Source: an uncultured Bacilli bacterium (GTDB taxonomy: Bacteria; Bacillota_I; Bacilli_A; RF39; UBA660). From it: a stretch of DNA of 64,000 bases. The DNA lies in the NCBI GenBank assembly GCA_910586195.1, contig CAJUHO010000001.1:38933-102932 (forward strand), in the 5' to 3' direction. Positions 29,093 through 40,921 of the stretch are shown here, one piece after another. Under the pieces are notes generated by a model. The model did no database searches and was not told the DNA's origin. It worked only from the letters and a program-made list of their open reading frames with translations. The first letter of the stretch is position 1; every line of letters begins with the position of its first letter. Position numbers and translations under genes: made by a program.

Positions 29093-29156
29093 TTCTTTGA
29101 ATTAATGTGCTGTTTATGGTTTTAATAAAAATATATGGAAGGTGGAAGGGGTCTTT

Positions 29157-29732
29157 ATGGGTATAGAAGATTTAGTAATAAAGGCGAATCAATTTAATAG
29201 AAGTGAGATTGAAAAGTACAATCCTGATATGAAGTTTCTTTATGAACTGTCCTTAAACGCAGGAATGAAGTTAGCAAAAGAGTATGGTGCAGATGAAAAT
29301 GTTGTAAAGATTGCTTTGGCAATGATGAATTCTAAACTTCCAGAAGCTGCTTATTTAGGAGTGCCAAAAAAACATATAGAAATGGCTGTTTCTGCTACAA
29401 CAAAGGTTTTTAAAGATATCGATGGTTTAGATGACAAAATAAAAGAAAATATTATTAAATGTATAGAAGAGCATCATGGGGTAGAAAAATATTTTAGCAT
29501 AGAATCAGAAGTTGTTGCTAATGCCGATTGCTATAAATTTGTTCATCCAAAGGGAATTTTATATTATTCTTCGATGTTAGGACGTAGATTTCATGACTTT
29601 AATAAGGAACTAGAACAGTTAGAGTTCAAATTAAATGAAAAACATGATACGATTTCCTTGCCATTAGTTAAAAATGAATTGGAATCGTATTATGAATATT
29701 TTCAAAAGGCTATTAATGAGGCAAAAAAGTAA
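29157..29732 (+). CDS. HD-domain protein
   Basis: About 190 aa and helical, with an EEHHG motif and a later D. Start ATG 29157 after GGAAGGGG. Confidence 0.6.
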   Translation: MGIEDLVIKANQFNRSEIEKYNPDMKFLYELSLNAGMKLAKEYGADENVVKIALAMMNSKLPEAAYLGVPKKHIEMAVSATTKVFKDIDGLDDKIKENIIKCIEEHHGVEKYFSIESEVVANADCYKFVHPKGILYYSSMLGRRFHDFNKELEQLEFKLNEKHDTISLPLVKNELESYYEYFQKAINEAKK

Positions 29733-29797
29733 AAGGCGATGTCTAAGTGATAGATTCTTGGAATTGTTTTTTTATGTAGTTTATTTAGCAAAAAAAC

Positions 29798-29827
29798 TTG
29801 ACAAGTGCTAATGTTCAGTCATATAAT
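29798..29827 (+). promoter_or_regulatory. sigma-A promoter of the hrcA operon
   Basis: TTGACA at 29798-29803, an 18-nt spacer, and TATAAT at 29822-29827. Confidence 0.7.
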
Positions 29828-29831
29828 AGCT

Positions 29832-29858
29832 TTAGCACTCATAAATTAATAGTGCTAG
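29832..29858 (+). promoter_or_regulatory. CIRCE operator (HrcA binding site)
   Basis: TTAGCACTC-N9-TAGTGCTAG, against the consensus TTAGCACTC-N9-GAGTGCTAA. It sits between the -10 box and the hrcA RBS. Confidence 0.9.
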
Positions 29859-29869
29859 GAGGCGTTTTG

Positions 29870-30868
29870 ATGGATTTTGTAATAACAGAACGACAAAAAA
29901 AGATATTAAAACTCATCATTGAAGAGTATATTAAAACTGCGAAGCCAATTGGTTCTAATTTATTATGTAAACGCTTGCATTGCTCATCAGCGACTGTTCG
30001 AAGTGAGATGGCAACACTAGAGGATAATGGCTTGCTAGAAAAAACACATACTTCCAGTGGGCGAGTACCTAGTGAGGTAGGATATCGATTTTATGTTGAC
30101 CATTTAATGACTTTAAAACAAATGAATGCAGAAGATATGTTGAAGTTACAGATTATATTTAAAAATCAACAGTTAGAATTATCCGATTGTATAAGTAAGA
30201 GTCTGCAAGTTGTCTCAGATATTACAAGTTATGCTACAGTAGTTTTGGGTAGCACTTCTCATGATAATTTATTAAAGAAAATTGATGTGGTTCCAATTGA
30301 TGAGCAAAGTATGACAGTCATCGTTGTTACAGATAAGGGACATGTAGAACATAAAAATATTACGTTAGAAAATGTCAGTTTAGAAGAGATTGAAAAAACA
30401 GTAGGTCTTATTAATAATCTAATTGTAGGAACGCCTATTGATGAGGTTAGTAGTAAACTAGAGTTTGAAATTAAACCCATCATTGGTAAATATGTTGCTC
30501 AACATGAACAAATCTATAATGCCTTCTATCATGTGTTTTCTGATTTTACCTCGCCACATACTACGAATGTGGTTGGCAAGAGTAAGTTTTTAAATCAGCC
30601 AGAATTCAGTAACGTGGATAAAATTAGGCAAGTATTTACAAAATTGGAGGATGAGGATACACTGCGAGAAATTAAACAGGATGATGAGAATAATATTACT
30701 ATTTGTATTGGAAAAGATAGTAATATTGATGATGATGTAACAGTCATTAAAACGAAGTTTAAAACCGCAACAGAAGAAGGAACATTAGCAATTATTGGTC
30801 CAAAAAGAATGGAATATGATCGAGTAGTTGCGATGCTAGATTTTATTAAACAGAATATAGAAAGATAG
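29870..30868 (+). CDS. hrcA: heat-inducible transcription repressor HrcA
   Basis: MDFVITERQKKILKLIIEEYIKTAKPIGS... is the HrcA winged-helix N-terminus. ATG 29870 follows AGGAGG. The longer ORF would run through the promoter and CIRCE. Confidence 0.95.
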   Translation: MDFVITERQKKILKLIIEEYIKTAKPIGSNLLCKRLHCSSATVRSEMATLEDNGLLEKTHTSSGRVPSEVGYRFYVDHLMTLKQMNAEDMLKLQIIFKNQQLELSDCISKSLQVVSDITSYATVVLGSTSHDNLLKKIDVVPIDEQSMTVIVVTDKGHVEHKNITLENVSLEEIEKTVGLINNLIVGTPIDEVSSKLEFEIKPIIGKYVAQHEQIYNAFYHVFSDFTSPHTTNVVGKSKFLNQPEFSNVDKIRQVFTKLEDEDTLREIKQDDENNITICIGKDSNIDDDVTVIKTKFKTATEEGTLAIIGPKRMEYDRVVAMLDFIKQNIER

Positions 30869-30877
30869 GAGATGCCA

Positions 30878-33324
<2,447 letters not shown>

Positions 33325-33329
33325 GATAA

Positions 33330-33353
33330 AGTTCTAGGAAACTAGAACTTTTC
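33330..33353 (+). terminator. hairpin between dnaK and pepF (weak terminator or processing site)
   Basis: Perfect 8-bp stem AGTTCTAG/CTAGAACT, GAAA loop, then only TTT. Confidence 0.4.
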
Positions 33354-33375
33354 GCTGATATGGAAAGGGTAAGAT

Positions 33376-35178
33376 ATGGATAAACAAAAAACAAGAGATG
33401 AAGTAAATAGCGAGGATAGATGGAAGATAGAACTTATTTATAAGGATGAAAATGCTTTTTTTAAAGATTTTCAACAAGTACAAAAGGAGTTAGAAAAGTT
33501 AATAGAACAAAAGGAGAACTTTACAAAAGATTCTAAAAGTTTTGCATGCTTTTTTAAGCAAGATGAGAAAGTCTCTAGGCTTTTAGAAAAGTTATATACT
33601 TATGCAAAATGTAGAAAAGATGAGGATCAGGCTAATAGTACTTATCAAGAATTAGAAGCCAAAATGACTAATATTTATGCTGAGTATGAAGAAAAAACAG
33701 CTTTTGTTATTCCCGATGTTTTAAAGCTTTCTAAAGATACTGTATTAAAATATTTACAACAAGAAAAAGATTTAGAAAATTACCATCACTTTTTTGATGT
33801 TATTTTTGAAAAAGATGCGCATATATTAGATGAGAATACAGAAAAAGTTCTATCTGCTTACGGTCCCGTGTTATCTTCAGCAAGCACCACTGCATCTTAT
33901 TTGACGAATGCTGATTTGGTATTTAATCCTATTTATGACGGTGAAAAAGAAATTCCTGTGGATCAGGCGAATTATGCCATTCATATTCGTTCAAAAAATA
34001 GAAAAATTAGAAAAGACGCTTTTTTGAGTTTACATGAAGGTTATAAAAAAGTAAAAAATACTTTGACTTCTACTTATACCGCTGTTTTAAATTATGATGC
34101 TATTACGGCAAGACTCAGAAACTACAAAAGTTCTATTGCGATGTATTTGCAACCAAAGCATATTCCAGTAAAACTATATGAGAATTTGATTGAAGTGGTT
34201 CATCAAAACTTACCTGTTTTATATGATTATTATGATTTAAAAAAGAAAATGTTGGGCTTAGAAGAGTTTCATTTATATGATAGTTACTTATCGACTGTTC
34301 AAAAAAATGATAAAGAATATTCTTTCGAGGAAGCTAAGAAAATAGTTTTAGAGGCATTGAGTGTTTATGGTAGAGAATATCATGATAAACTGCAAGAGGC
34401 TTTTTCTCATAATTGGATTGATAAATATCCAAATAAAGGAAAAAGAAGTGGTGCTTATTCTATGGGATGCTATGATACGATTCCCTATGTACTTTTAAAT
34501 TATACGAATACTTATACAGATGTCAGTACTTTGGCTCATGAATTAGGACACTCTATGCATACTTATTATGCAAACAAAAACAATTCCTATATTGAAGCGA
34601 ATTATCCTATCTTTTTAGCGGAAATTGCGTCTACTACTAATGAGCTTTTATTAGGACATTATATGTATCAAAAGGCAGACAGTAAAGCAGAAAAATTGAG
34701 CATTTTAAATGAAAAATTGGATTTATTTAAAGCATCTATTTTTAGACAAGCTATGTTTGCAGAGTTTGAATATATGGCACATTGCTATGTCGATGATAGC
34801 AATGTGGCAACAGCGGATTATTTATGTGAGATGTATTATCAATTAAATAAAAAATATTTTGGTGATGGTGTTGTGGTAGATCAGGATATTCAGTATGAAT
34901 GGTTGCGAGTACCACACTTTTATAGCCCTTTTTATGTTTATCAATATGCAACAAGTTTAGCGATTTCTTGTTATGTAGTAGAAAATATTATAAAGGAAAA
35001 AGAGGGGTTTCAAGAGAAGTATATAAAGTTTTTATCTTCTGGGGGAAGAGACTTTCCTCTTGAGGTATTGAAAATCATTGATATTGATTTAACGGATACT
35101 AAGGTGTTTGAAAGTGCTATGAAAGAATTTAAAAATACATTGGAAGAGTTTAAAAAAGTTTATAATGAAATGGAGTGA
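33376..35178 (+). CDS. pepF: oligoendopeptidase F (M3B family)
   Basis: 600 aa with the zinc motif HELGHSMH and a downstream E (FLAEIASTTNE). Confidence 0.88.
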   Translation: MDKQKTRDEVNSEDRWKIELIYKDENAFFKDFQQVQKELEKLIEQKENFTKDSKSFACFFKQDEKVSRLLEKLYTYAKCRKDEDQANSTYQELEAKMTNIYAEYEEKTAFVIPDVLKLSKDTVLKYLQQEKDLENYHHFFDVIFEKDAHILDENTEKVLSAYGPVLSSASTTASYLTNADLVFNPIYDGEKEIPVDQANYAIHIRSKNRKIRKDAFLSLHEGYKKVKNTLTSTYTAVLNYDAITARLRNYKSSIAMYLQPKHIPVKLYENLIEVVHQNLPVLYDYYDLKKKMLGLEEFHLYDSYLSTVQKNDKEYSFEEAKKIVLEALSVYGREYHDKLQEAFSHNWIDKYPNKGKRSGAYSMGCYDTIPYVLLNYTNTYTDVSTLAHELGHSMHTYYANKNNSYIEANYPIFLAEIASTTNELLLGHYMYQKADSKAEKLSILNEKLDLFKASIFRQAMFAEFEYMAHCYVDDSNVATADYLCEMYYQLNKKYFGDGVVVDQDIQYEWLRVPHFYSPFYVYQYATSLAISCYVVENIIKEKEGFQEKYIKFLSSGGRDFPLEVLKIIDIDLTDTKVFESAMKEFKNTLEEFKKVYNEME

Positions 35179-35191
35179 GGTGACATAAAAT

Positions 35192-36346
35192 ATGGCGAAT
35201 AAACGTGATTATTATGAGGTGTTAGGTGTTGAGAAAAATGCCAGTGATGCTGAAATTAAAAGTGCTTTTCGAAAGCTTGCGAAAAAATATCATCCTGATT
35301 TAAATAAGGATGATCCATCCGCAACAGAAAAATTTAAAGAAGTTCAAGAAGCCTATGAAGTGCTTAGTGATCAACAAAAGCGTAGTCAATATGATCGCTT
35401 TGGTCATGCTGGAGTATCAGGTAGTGCTGGGGGAGCAGGTTTTAATGGCTTTGGAGGAGGATTCTCTGGGTTTGAAGGGGCTGATTTTGACTTTGGGGAT
35501 ATTTTTGATAATATCTTCGGAGGCGGTTTTTCCTCTTTTGGTGGTTCTTCTCGAGGCTCTAGTCAAAGTAGACGAAATAGAGGTAGCGATCTTTTAATGA
35601 GAGTGGATTTATCTTTTGAAGAGGCTGCTTATGGGACTGAGAAAGACTTTGATTTAGATGTTGTTGAGGACTGTGAGAATTGTAATGGCCAAGGAGGATT
35701 TGATTCTAAGAGTTGTGATACTTGTCATGGAAGTGGAACTATTACTTCAGAGCAACATACTATTTTAGGATCCTTCCTGTCTAAAACAACCTGTCCTGAT
35801 TGTCATGGAACTGGAAAGACATTTAAGAAAACATGTCCAGAATGTCATGGCAAAGGAAAGGTGAAAAATCAAAAAACAATTACAGTAACAGTTCCGTCAG
35901 GAATTGATACAGGAGATAGACTTCGTGTTGCGGGTAAAGGAAATGCTGGTAGTAATGGTGGGGATAATGGAGACTTATATTTAGAGTTTGTAGTAAAAGA
36001 ACATGAGTTTTTTAAGCGAGATGGCGATGATATATATCTAGAATTACCACTTACAATTACAGAGGCTATTCTTGGATGTAAAAAGGAAGTTCCTACCTTG
36101 TATGGAAATATCCAACTTACCATTCCTGCAGGAACAGCAAGTGGAGAAAAACAAAGAATTCGTGGAAAAGGAATTGATAGTAAGGCACATAGGACGAAAG
36201 GAAATATGTATGTAATTACTAAAGTGATTATTCCTAGAAAGTTGTCACGTGCACAGAAGAAGATAATTGAACAACTTGCACTAACGGAATTAGAAGATCG
36301 TGAAATTGATCAATTTAATAAATTTACAAGGAGAAATGACCAGTAG
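35192..36346 (+). CDS. dnaJ: molecular chaperone DnaJ
   Basis: J-domain HPD (YHPDLNK), a Gly/Phe-rich linker, and four CxxCxGxG repeats. Confidence 0.97.
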   Translation: MANKRDYYEVLGVEKNASDAEIKSAFRKLAKKYHPDLNKDDPSATEKFKEVQEAYEVLSDQQKRSQYDRFGHAGVSGSAGGAGFNGFGGGFSGFEGADFDFGDIFDNIFGGGFSSFGGSSRGSSQSRRNRGSDLLMRVDLSFEEAAYGTEKDFDLDVVEDCENCNGQGGFDSKSCDTCHGSGTITSEQHTILGSFLSKTTCPDCHGTGKTFKKTCPECHGKGKVKNQKTITVTVPSGIDTGDRLRVAGKGNAGSNGGDNGDLYLEFVVKEHEFFKRDGDDIYLELPLTITEAILGCKKEVPTLYGNIQLTIPAGTASGEKQRIRGKGIDSKAHRTKGNMYVITKVIIPRKLSRAQKKIIEQLALTELEDREIDQFNKFTRRNDQ

Positions 36347-36360
36347 TCACTTCTTTTTTT
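36332..36360 (+). terminator. intrinsic terminator after dnaJ
   Basis: Imperfect stem AGAAATGAC / GTCACTTCT spanning the stop codon, followed by T7. Confidence 0.5.
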
Positions 36361-36457
36361 GTACTAAGTAAAGTTTACAGATTGTAATATCTTATTTTTA
36401 CCAAATTTTGTTAATTTTTTGTTATACTATAATTAGTAAGATAACAAGTATCTTATT

Positions 36458-36495
36458 GAGGCAGTAATCTAGATTGATTCTGCCTCTTTTTTTTT
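36458..36495 (+). terminator. strong hairpin plus T9 immediately upstream of the HTH gene RBS
   Basis: GAGGCAG (36458-36464) pairs with CTGCCTC (36480-36486), followed by TTTTTTTTT. The RBS GAAAGGAG comes next. Confidence 0.7.
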
Positions 36496-36511
36496 GAAAG
36501 GAGAAATAGCT

Positions 36512-36811
36512 ATGGAAAAAGAACGTTTTGTATACCGAAAATCTTATAAGAATTATGGTAATATTAGATTAACTGTTAGTGAAATAATGAAAGACAGAAA
36601 AATGAATACTTATAGACTTAGTGTTTTAACAGATGTTAAGTGGAATATTATAAAGAAATACGTAAAGGGTACTTTATATCGAGTGGATTTAGATATATTG
36701 TCTCGGATATGCTATGCTCTAAATTGCTCTTTGGAAGAATTACTTCGTTATGAACTAGAGGTAAAAAAAGAAGGGACTGTATATGAGAAAAAGAAAAAAC
36801 AAAAAAATTAG
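36512..36811 (+). CDS. XRE-family helix-turn-helix protein
   Basis: MNTYRLSVLTDVKWNIIKKYVKG ... LDILSRICYALNCSLEELL is a typical Cro/C1 HTH. Confidence 0.7.
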   Translation: MEKERFVYRKSYKNYGNIRLTVSEIMKDRKMNTYRLSVLTDVKWNIIKKYVKGTLYRVDLDILSRICYALNCSLEELLRYELEVKKEGTVYEKKKKQKN

Positions 36812-36923
36812 ATTTCATAAAGATATAATCAATTGTTATATATTCAAATAATTATAGTCTAATTAGGGGGATATTCTTATCCTTTGTTTTTTGATATTAT
36901 AATCTCTATCAAGGGGGATTGTA

Positions 36924-37630
36924 ATGAATTTTAAGAAAAAGAAAATGATAATGGAATTTAGTAGTATTGATACAATAAAAAGTAATCCTGAACTGTTGAA
37001 TAAGGATTATAATAATATTTCTATAATTTGTGATGGTTTACCATATAATTTTAGAAAGCTGCTACGATATTTAAGAGAATGTCGAGGAATGACAAGGGAA
37101 AAGTTAGAAGAAACTTCTTATATTAGCGTGCAAACAATCAAGGAAATAGAAACAAATAAAGAAAGAGGGTATTCGTTAGAGACGATTATTGCCTTATGTA
37201 TTGGGATGTATCTAAGGATATGTTTAATAAAGCATTGAGTGGTTCACCTGGTAATATTTCAAAGAGTACCCAGAAGCAGATAATACAACAAACAAAGAGC
37301 TCTCCTCAAGTGAATACAGCAATTAAGAATTGCATTACTCAAAGTAATGGAGCTAATAGTTTCTCGAATTGTTTAGGATATGATGATGCCGAATTGCAAG
37401 GAGATCTATATTATTCGATACAGCATATTGATATATATGCTGATGGAAAAAGAGGTAGTAATGGTGTGTGGGATATTACTATCCATATGGAAGATGAATA
37501 TGATTTTGAGCCCAGACGGGGTCATGGTTTTGCAATCCTAGTTAATAATTTTGGATATTATCTGCAAGAACATGAATTATTACATACATATCATTGGAGC
37601 GTATCTTACAAAATGAAATATAAAGAATAG
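36924..37630 (+). pseudogene. split gene: XRE HTH N-terminal part plus an unknown C-terminal domain (-1 frameshift)
   Basis: ORFs 36924..37238 and 37196..37630 overlap. The second frame is open from 37160. Restoring one nt near 37205-37210 would read ...IIALCIGM.VSKDMFNKALSG..., continuous with the usual post-HTH pattern of this family. Confidence 0.45.
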
Positions 37631-37660
37631 TTTAGTAAATCATATAGGAGGAAATAGACT

Positions 37661-38140
37661 ATGGTAAAAAGAAGGTATATACTAATTATTTTTATACTAA
37701 TTACTTTTATACTAGTTATTATGTATAATATTTATGATCAATATTATGGATTAGTTAACTTAGCGTACTCAAATAGTAAAGGGGAACTTTCTTTTTTACC
37801 TACCTTAAAATCAAAAAGTATTTATCTTTATGAATTTGGAGAGGGCGAAGATTTTTATATATTTAATTATAACTCAGATGAAATTAAAAAAGTAATAAAG
37901 AAAAATAACTTTAAAAAAATAAAAGTTGATAACGAAAATGAAGTAAAACAATTATTGACTAAATATCGGGAAGATTTATGTGAAAAAGAACTAAAACTTT
38001 TTGATAAAACTACTTCAATTTCTGAATTGTCTACTATTGGGAATTATTATCTTTATTTAGAGTTGAAGAAGAAGAATTATACTATTTGTATTGGGGATAT
38101 ATTAAATAATAAAGTAAGTGTTTTGCACGTGAATCATTAG
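37661..38140 (+). CDS. hypothetical N-terminally anchored protein (YYL-motif paralog)
   Basis: RBS AGGAGGAAA. TM segment ILIIFILITFILVIMY. A C-terminal GNYYLYLE motif is shared with downstream paralogs and remnants. Confidence 0.5.
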   Translation: MVKRRYILIIFILITFILVIMYNIYDQYYGLVNLAYSNSKGELSFLPTLKSKSIYLYEFGEGEDFYIFNYNSDEIKKVIKKNNFKKIKVDNENEVKQLLTKYREDLCEKELKLFDKTTSISELSTIGNYYLYLELKKKNYTICIGDILNNKVSVLHVNH

Positions 38141-38242
38141 TTGTTTTCTGTTATAATGATTAAAAAACTATTAAATTAAGATTAGGACTTAAGCAAGGTT
38201 GAATTCTTTATTGTTGAATGTAAAAATGTCAGTTTTTAATAG

Positions 38243-38398
38243 AATACAGATAATTATTATTTAAAAATCGATGGAAAGGGGGATAATTGTTATTATTTAA
38301 TTTATAATGATACAAATAAGGAATTTAATCACTTACCAACAAATTCTGGAAAATATCATATCTATGTTTTGCATATAATATGGATGATAAAATCCTAA
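38243..38398 (+). pseudogene. 3' remnant of a paralog of the 39215..39667 ORF
   Basis: Open frame with no start codon. NTDNYYLKIDGKGDNCYYLIYND... matches NITDDYYLKIDGKKF at the end of 39215..39667, and also the non-coding DDSYYLIYN trace at about 39738-39770. Confidence 0.4.
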
Positions 38399-38480
38399 AA
38401 GTAAATGCCTTTGTTTACATCACCAGTGAAAGGAAATGATAAAAGGAGCGAAGAATAGATAAGAATTTATATATAATGTT

Positions 38481-38557
38481 TAGGAAAGTACTGAGGAAAA
38501 AATTAATAGTTTTTATTTAGTACTTTTTATTTATTAATTGGAAAAATATGGTAATTA
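38481..38557 (+). repeat. 77-nt repeat R1 (terminator hairpin module)
   Basis: TAGGAAAGTACTGAGGAAAAAATTAATAGTTTTTATTTAGTACTTTTTATTTATTAATTGGAAAAATATGGTAATTA. Nearly identical to 39824-39899. Contains AAAGTACT...AGTACTTT plus a T-rich tail. Confidence 0.8.
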
Positions 38558-38558
38558 A

Positions 38559-38903
38559 TATGAGATTTGGTATAATATAATACCCGATTATACAATTTCC
38601 TATGGATATAGAAAGGTAGTATTAGATAAAATAGATTCAAATTATAATAATTATAAATATTATTATGATAATTTTATTACTGAAAAAAAGTATAAGTTAA
38701 TAAATGAGGAACATTTCTTTGCAATAGATTATGTAGATGATTTACCAAAAAATGCCAATTTTGATTCTGGTACAATCACATATAGTTATAATGCACTAGA
38801 TAGAGTGGAAACTAAAAATATTAATAATTTATATACTATTAATTATAAATCTAACTATTTAGAAAGATATTTACAGAAGTTTACTGTTAGTATATGCTAT
38901 TAA
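38559..38903 (+). pseudogene. 5'-truncated gene remnant
   Basis: 114 sense codons plus stop, with no ATG/GTG/TTG start, opening directly after R1 (YEIWYNIIPDYTISYGYRKVVLDKIDSNY...FTVSICY). An open frame this long is unlikely by chance in such AT-rich DNA. Confidence 0.4.
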
Positions 38904-38924
38904 TAATAGAAAGAACTGATTATT

Positions 38925-39667
38925 ATGGGTATATTGTTATTTTCCAAAGATTTTCTGCTACTGTTAATATTTGCATTTATTTTTCTTCCTTATTTTATAT
39001 TCTTAATAATATTTCTAATTAAGAAAAAATTTAGTAGGAGAAAGTGTATTCTATGCTTAGCTGTATTTATGCTCGTTGTTATGAGCATACCAATTGAAAA
39101 AATCATTGATATCATTCCGTTTCAATTTAAAGATGTTGAAGAAGCATTTAACTTTGATTATGGTTATCACTATCAATTTGCCTATGGAAAAAAATTAAAG
39201 AAACATACTTTGTTATGGGGATTCCTAAAAAAAATCCTAATATAGCATATCATTTTGCTAGCTATTCAAAAACAAAAAATGGTTGGAGAAGTTTAATACA
39301 ACCATCTTCTATTAGTAAAAATGAAAAGCTCATTCAATGTTATAAAATACATTATTTTAATAATCCAAAGGATAATATAACGGGTATTTTTATAGAATCG
39401 ATAAATGGTCAAGATAATAAAGATGGTTTGAATGAAAATTCCAATATATCTGATAAGTATAACACTACATTTACTTATATAAAGTCAAAAGATGGGTTGC
39501 CAATCGTACAGAATATAAAAGTAGAAGATTTTCCTGTGCCATTTAGAAAAAGAAAAATAATAAAAGAATATATAGGAAGTTATATTTATTTTGGTATTGT
39601 AGAACATAATATTACAGATGATTATTATTTAAAAATTGATGGAAAGAAGTTTAAACTTAGTGATTGA
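38925..39667 (+). pseudogene. split membrane-anchored protein gene (frameshift in a homopolymer A tract)
   Basis: ORF 38925..39245 carries the TM segments and ORF 39215..39667 the soluble part. The second frame is open from 39158. One extra A in A8 (39227-39234) or A7 (39188-39194) fuses them into roughly 247 aa. Confidence 0.5.
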
Positions 39668-39823
39668 AAATGTATAGTAAAGATGGATAAAGAAATAAAA
39701 GACTTTTTCATCTTATCAATTGTAAGAAATAGAAGATGATAGCTATTATTTAATTTATAATTATTAGTAATAATGAAAGTAATAAAATAACACTGAATAA
39801 ACAAAAAATTGTATGGAATATTT

Positions 39824-39899
39824 TAGAAAGTACTGAGTAAAAAATTAATACTTTTTATTTAGTGCTTTTTATTTATTAATTGGAAAAATATGGTAATTA
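39824..39899 (+). repeat. 76-nt repeat R2 (copy of R1)
   Basis: TAGAAAGTACTGAGTAAAAAATTAATACTTTTTATTTAGTGCTTTTTATTTATTAATTGGAAAAATATGGTAATTA. About 5 differences from R1. Confidence 0.8.
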
Positions 39900-39910
39900 T
39901 AATCGTTCAA

Positions 39911-39934
39911 ATAAAAAAAGTAGCTAAACTACTT
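39911..39934 (-). terminator. intrinsic terminator of rnhC
   Basis: On the minus strand, AAGTAG-TTTAG-CTACTT followed by a T8 run. Confidence 0.55.
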
Positions 39935-39936
39935 CA

Positions 39937-40839
39937 TTAATAAATAATAGTATGTAATATTCGTTCTGTGTTTTTAAAGTTCAATTTGGCAATTTCTTTA
40001 AGTTTTTCTTCTCCATATTTTGCGACCACTTCTTCTCCAATCTTATCAACTTCAACTCCTGCGCCTTTTACAAGTGGAAGATGTACTTGATCGCAAATCT
40101 TATCAAACTCTTTTAAAAATATATAACGACTAATAATGGAACCACAGGCTACGGCTAAGTTTTTATCCTCTGCTTTTGTCATAAAGGTAATTCCTTTTTG
40201 AATATTAGGAATGCCCTCCAAATATTCATAGTACCTTTTTTCTCTTGCAAACTCATCTACAATAATATAGTCTATCTTAGGATTTTCTTCTTTTATTAAC
40301 TGATAGAGAACTTTATTATGAAGAATCGCTTTGATTTTATTCATATTTACATTTTTATTATATTTTTCATTAAACTCTTTATTAGATAAAATAATGCTTC
40401 GGTAGGGAATTCTTTTGGCAATCTCAGGAGCCATCTTTTTAATTTTGTCATCATCTATCTTTTTAGAGTCTCTAATACCTAGTTGCTCTAGAAAAGCTAC
40501 ATCTTCTTTTTTTACATAGGCTGCTGTTACTACAATAGGACCAAAATAATCTCCTGTGCCGACCTCGTCACTACCAACAGATGAGCAGTTATGATATTTA
40601 CTAGTGTCTACTTTCTCATTCGTTGCGGATTGTCCATCCATCTCTTTCCACATAGTAGCATCTACATCAGCACTAGTTCCTTGGAACATAATCTTTCCTG
40701 ATGTATACATTGTAATGACTGTATCCTCATCTACTGCTTGGAATACTACATAGGGAATTTCCTTATCTCGCTTCTTATCACGATAATACTCTATCATTTT
40801 TTTTTGCGTGTTTTCACTTACTTTTATAACAACATTCAT
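39937..40839 (-). CDS. rnhC: ribonuclease HIII
   Basis: N-terminal DUF3378-like domain plus the RNase HII/HIII core (VGSDEVGTGDYFGP, DSKK). ATG 40839 follows GAGGTGG. Confidence 0.88.
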   Translation of the reverse strand: MNVVIKVSENTQKKMIEYYRDKKRDKEIPYVVFQAVDEDTVITMYTSGKIMFQGTSADVDATMWKEMDGQSATNEKVDTSKYHNCSSVGSDEVGTGDYFGPIVVTAAYVKKEDVAFLEQLGIRDSKKIDDDKIKKMAPEIAKRIPYRSIILSNKEFNEKYNKNVNMNKIKAILHNKVLYQLIKEENPKIDYIIVDEFAREKRYYEYLEGIPNIQKGITFMTKAEDKNLAVACGSIISRYIFLKEFDKICDQVHLPLVKGAGVEVDKIGEEVVAKYGEEKLKEIAKLNFKNTERILHTIIY

Positions 40840-40921
40840 CTTGCCACCTCTTAAATAGTATAGCATATTTTTAAAAAATAGGTTATACTATTTATAGAAT
40901 GAGTAGAAAGGAAGTAAAGTT

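Noticed and set aside
29798-29869. Longer HrcA ORF starting at TTG 29798
   Set aside because: The extension coincides with the -35/-10 hexamers and the CIRCE operator. ATG 29870 has an AGGAGG RBS and gives the canonical HrcA N-terminus.
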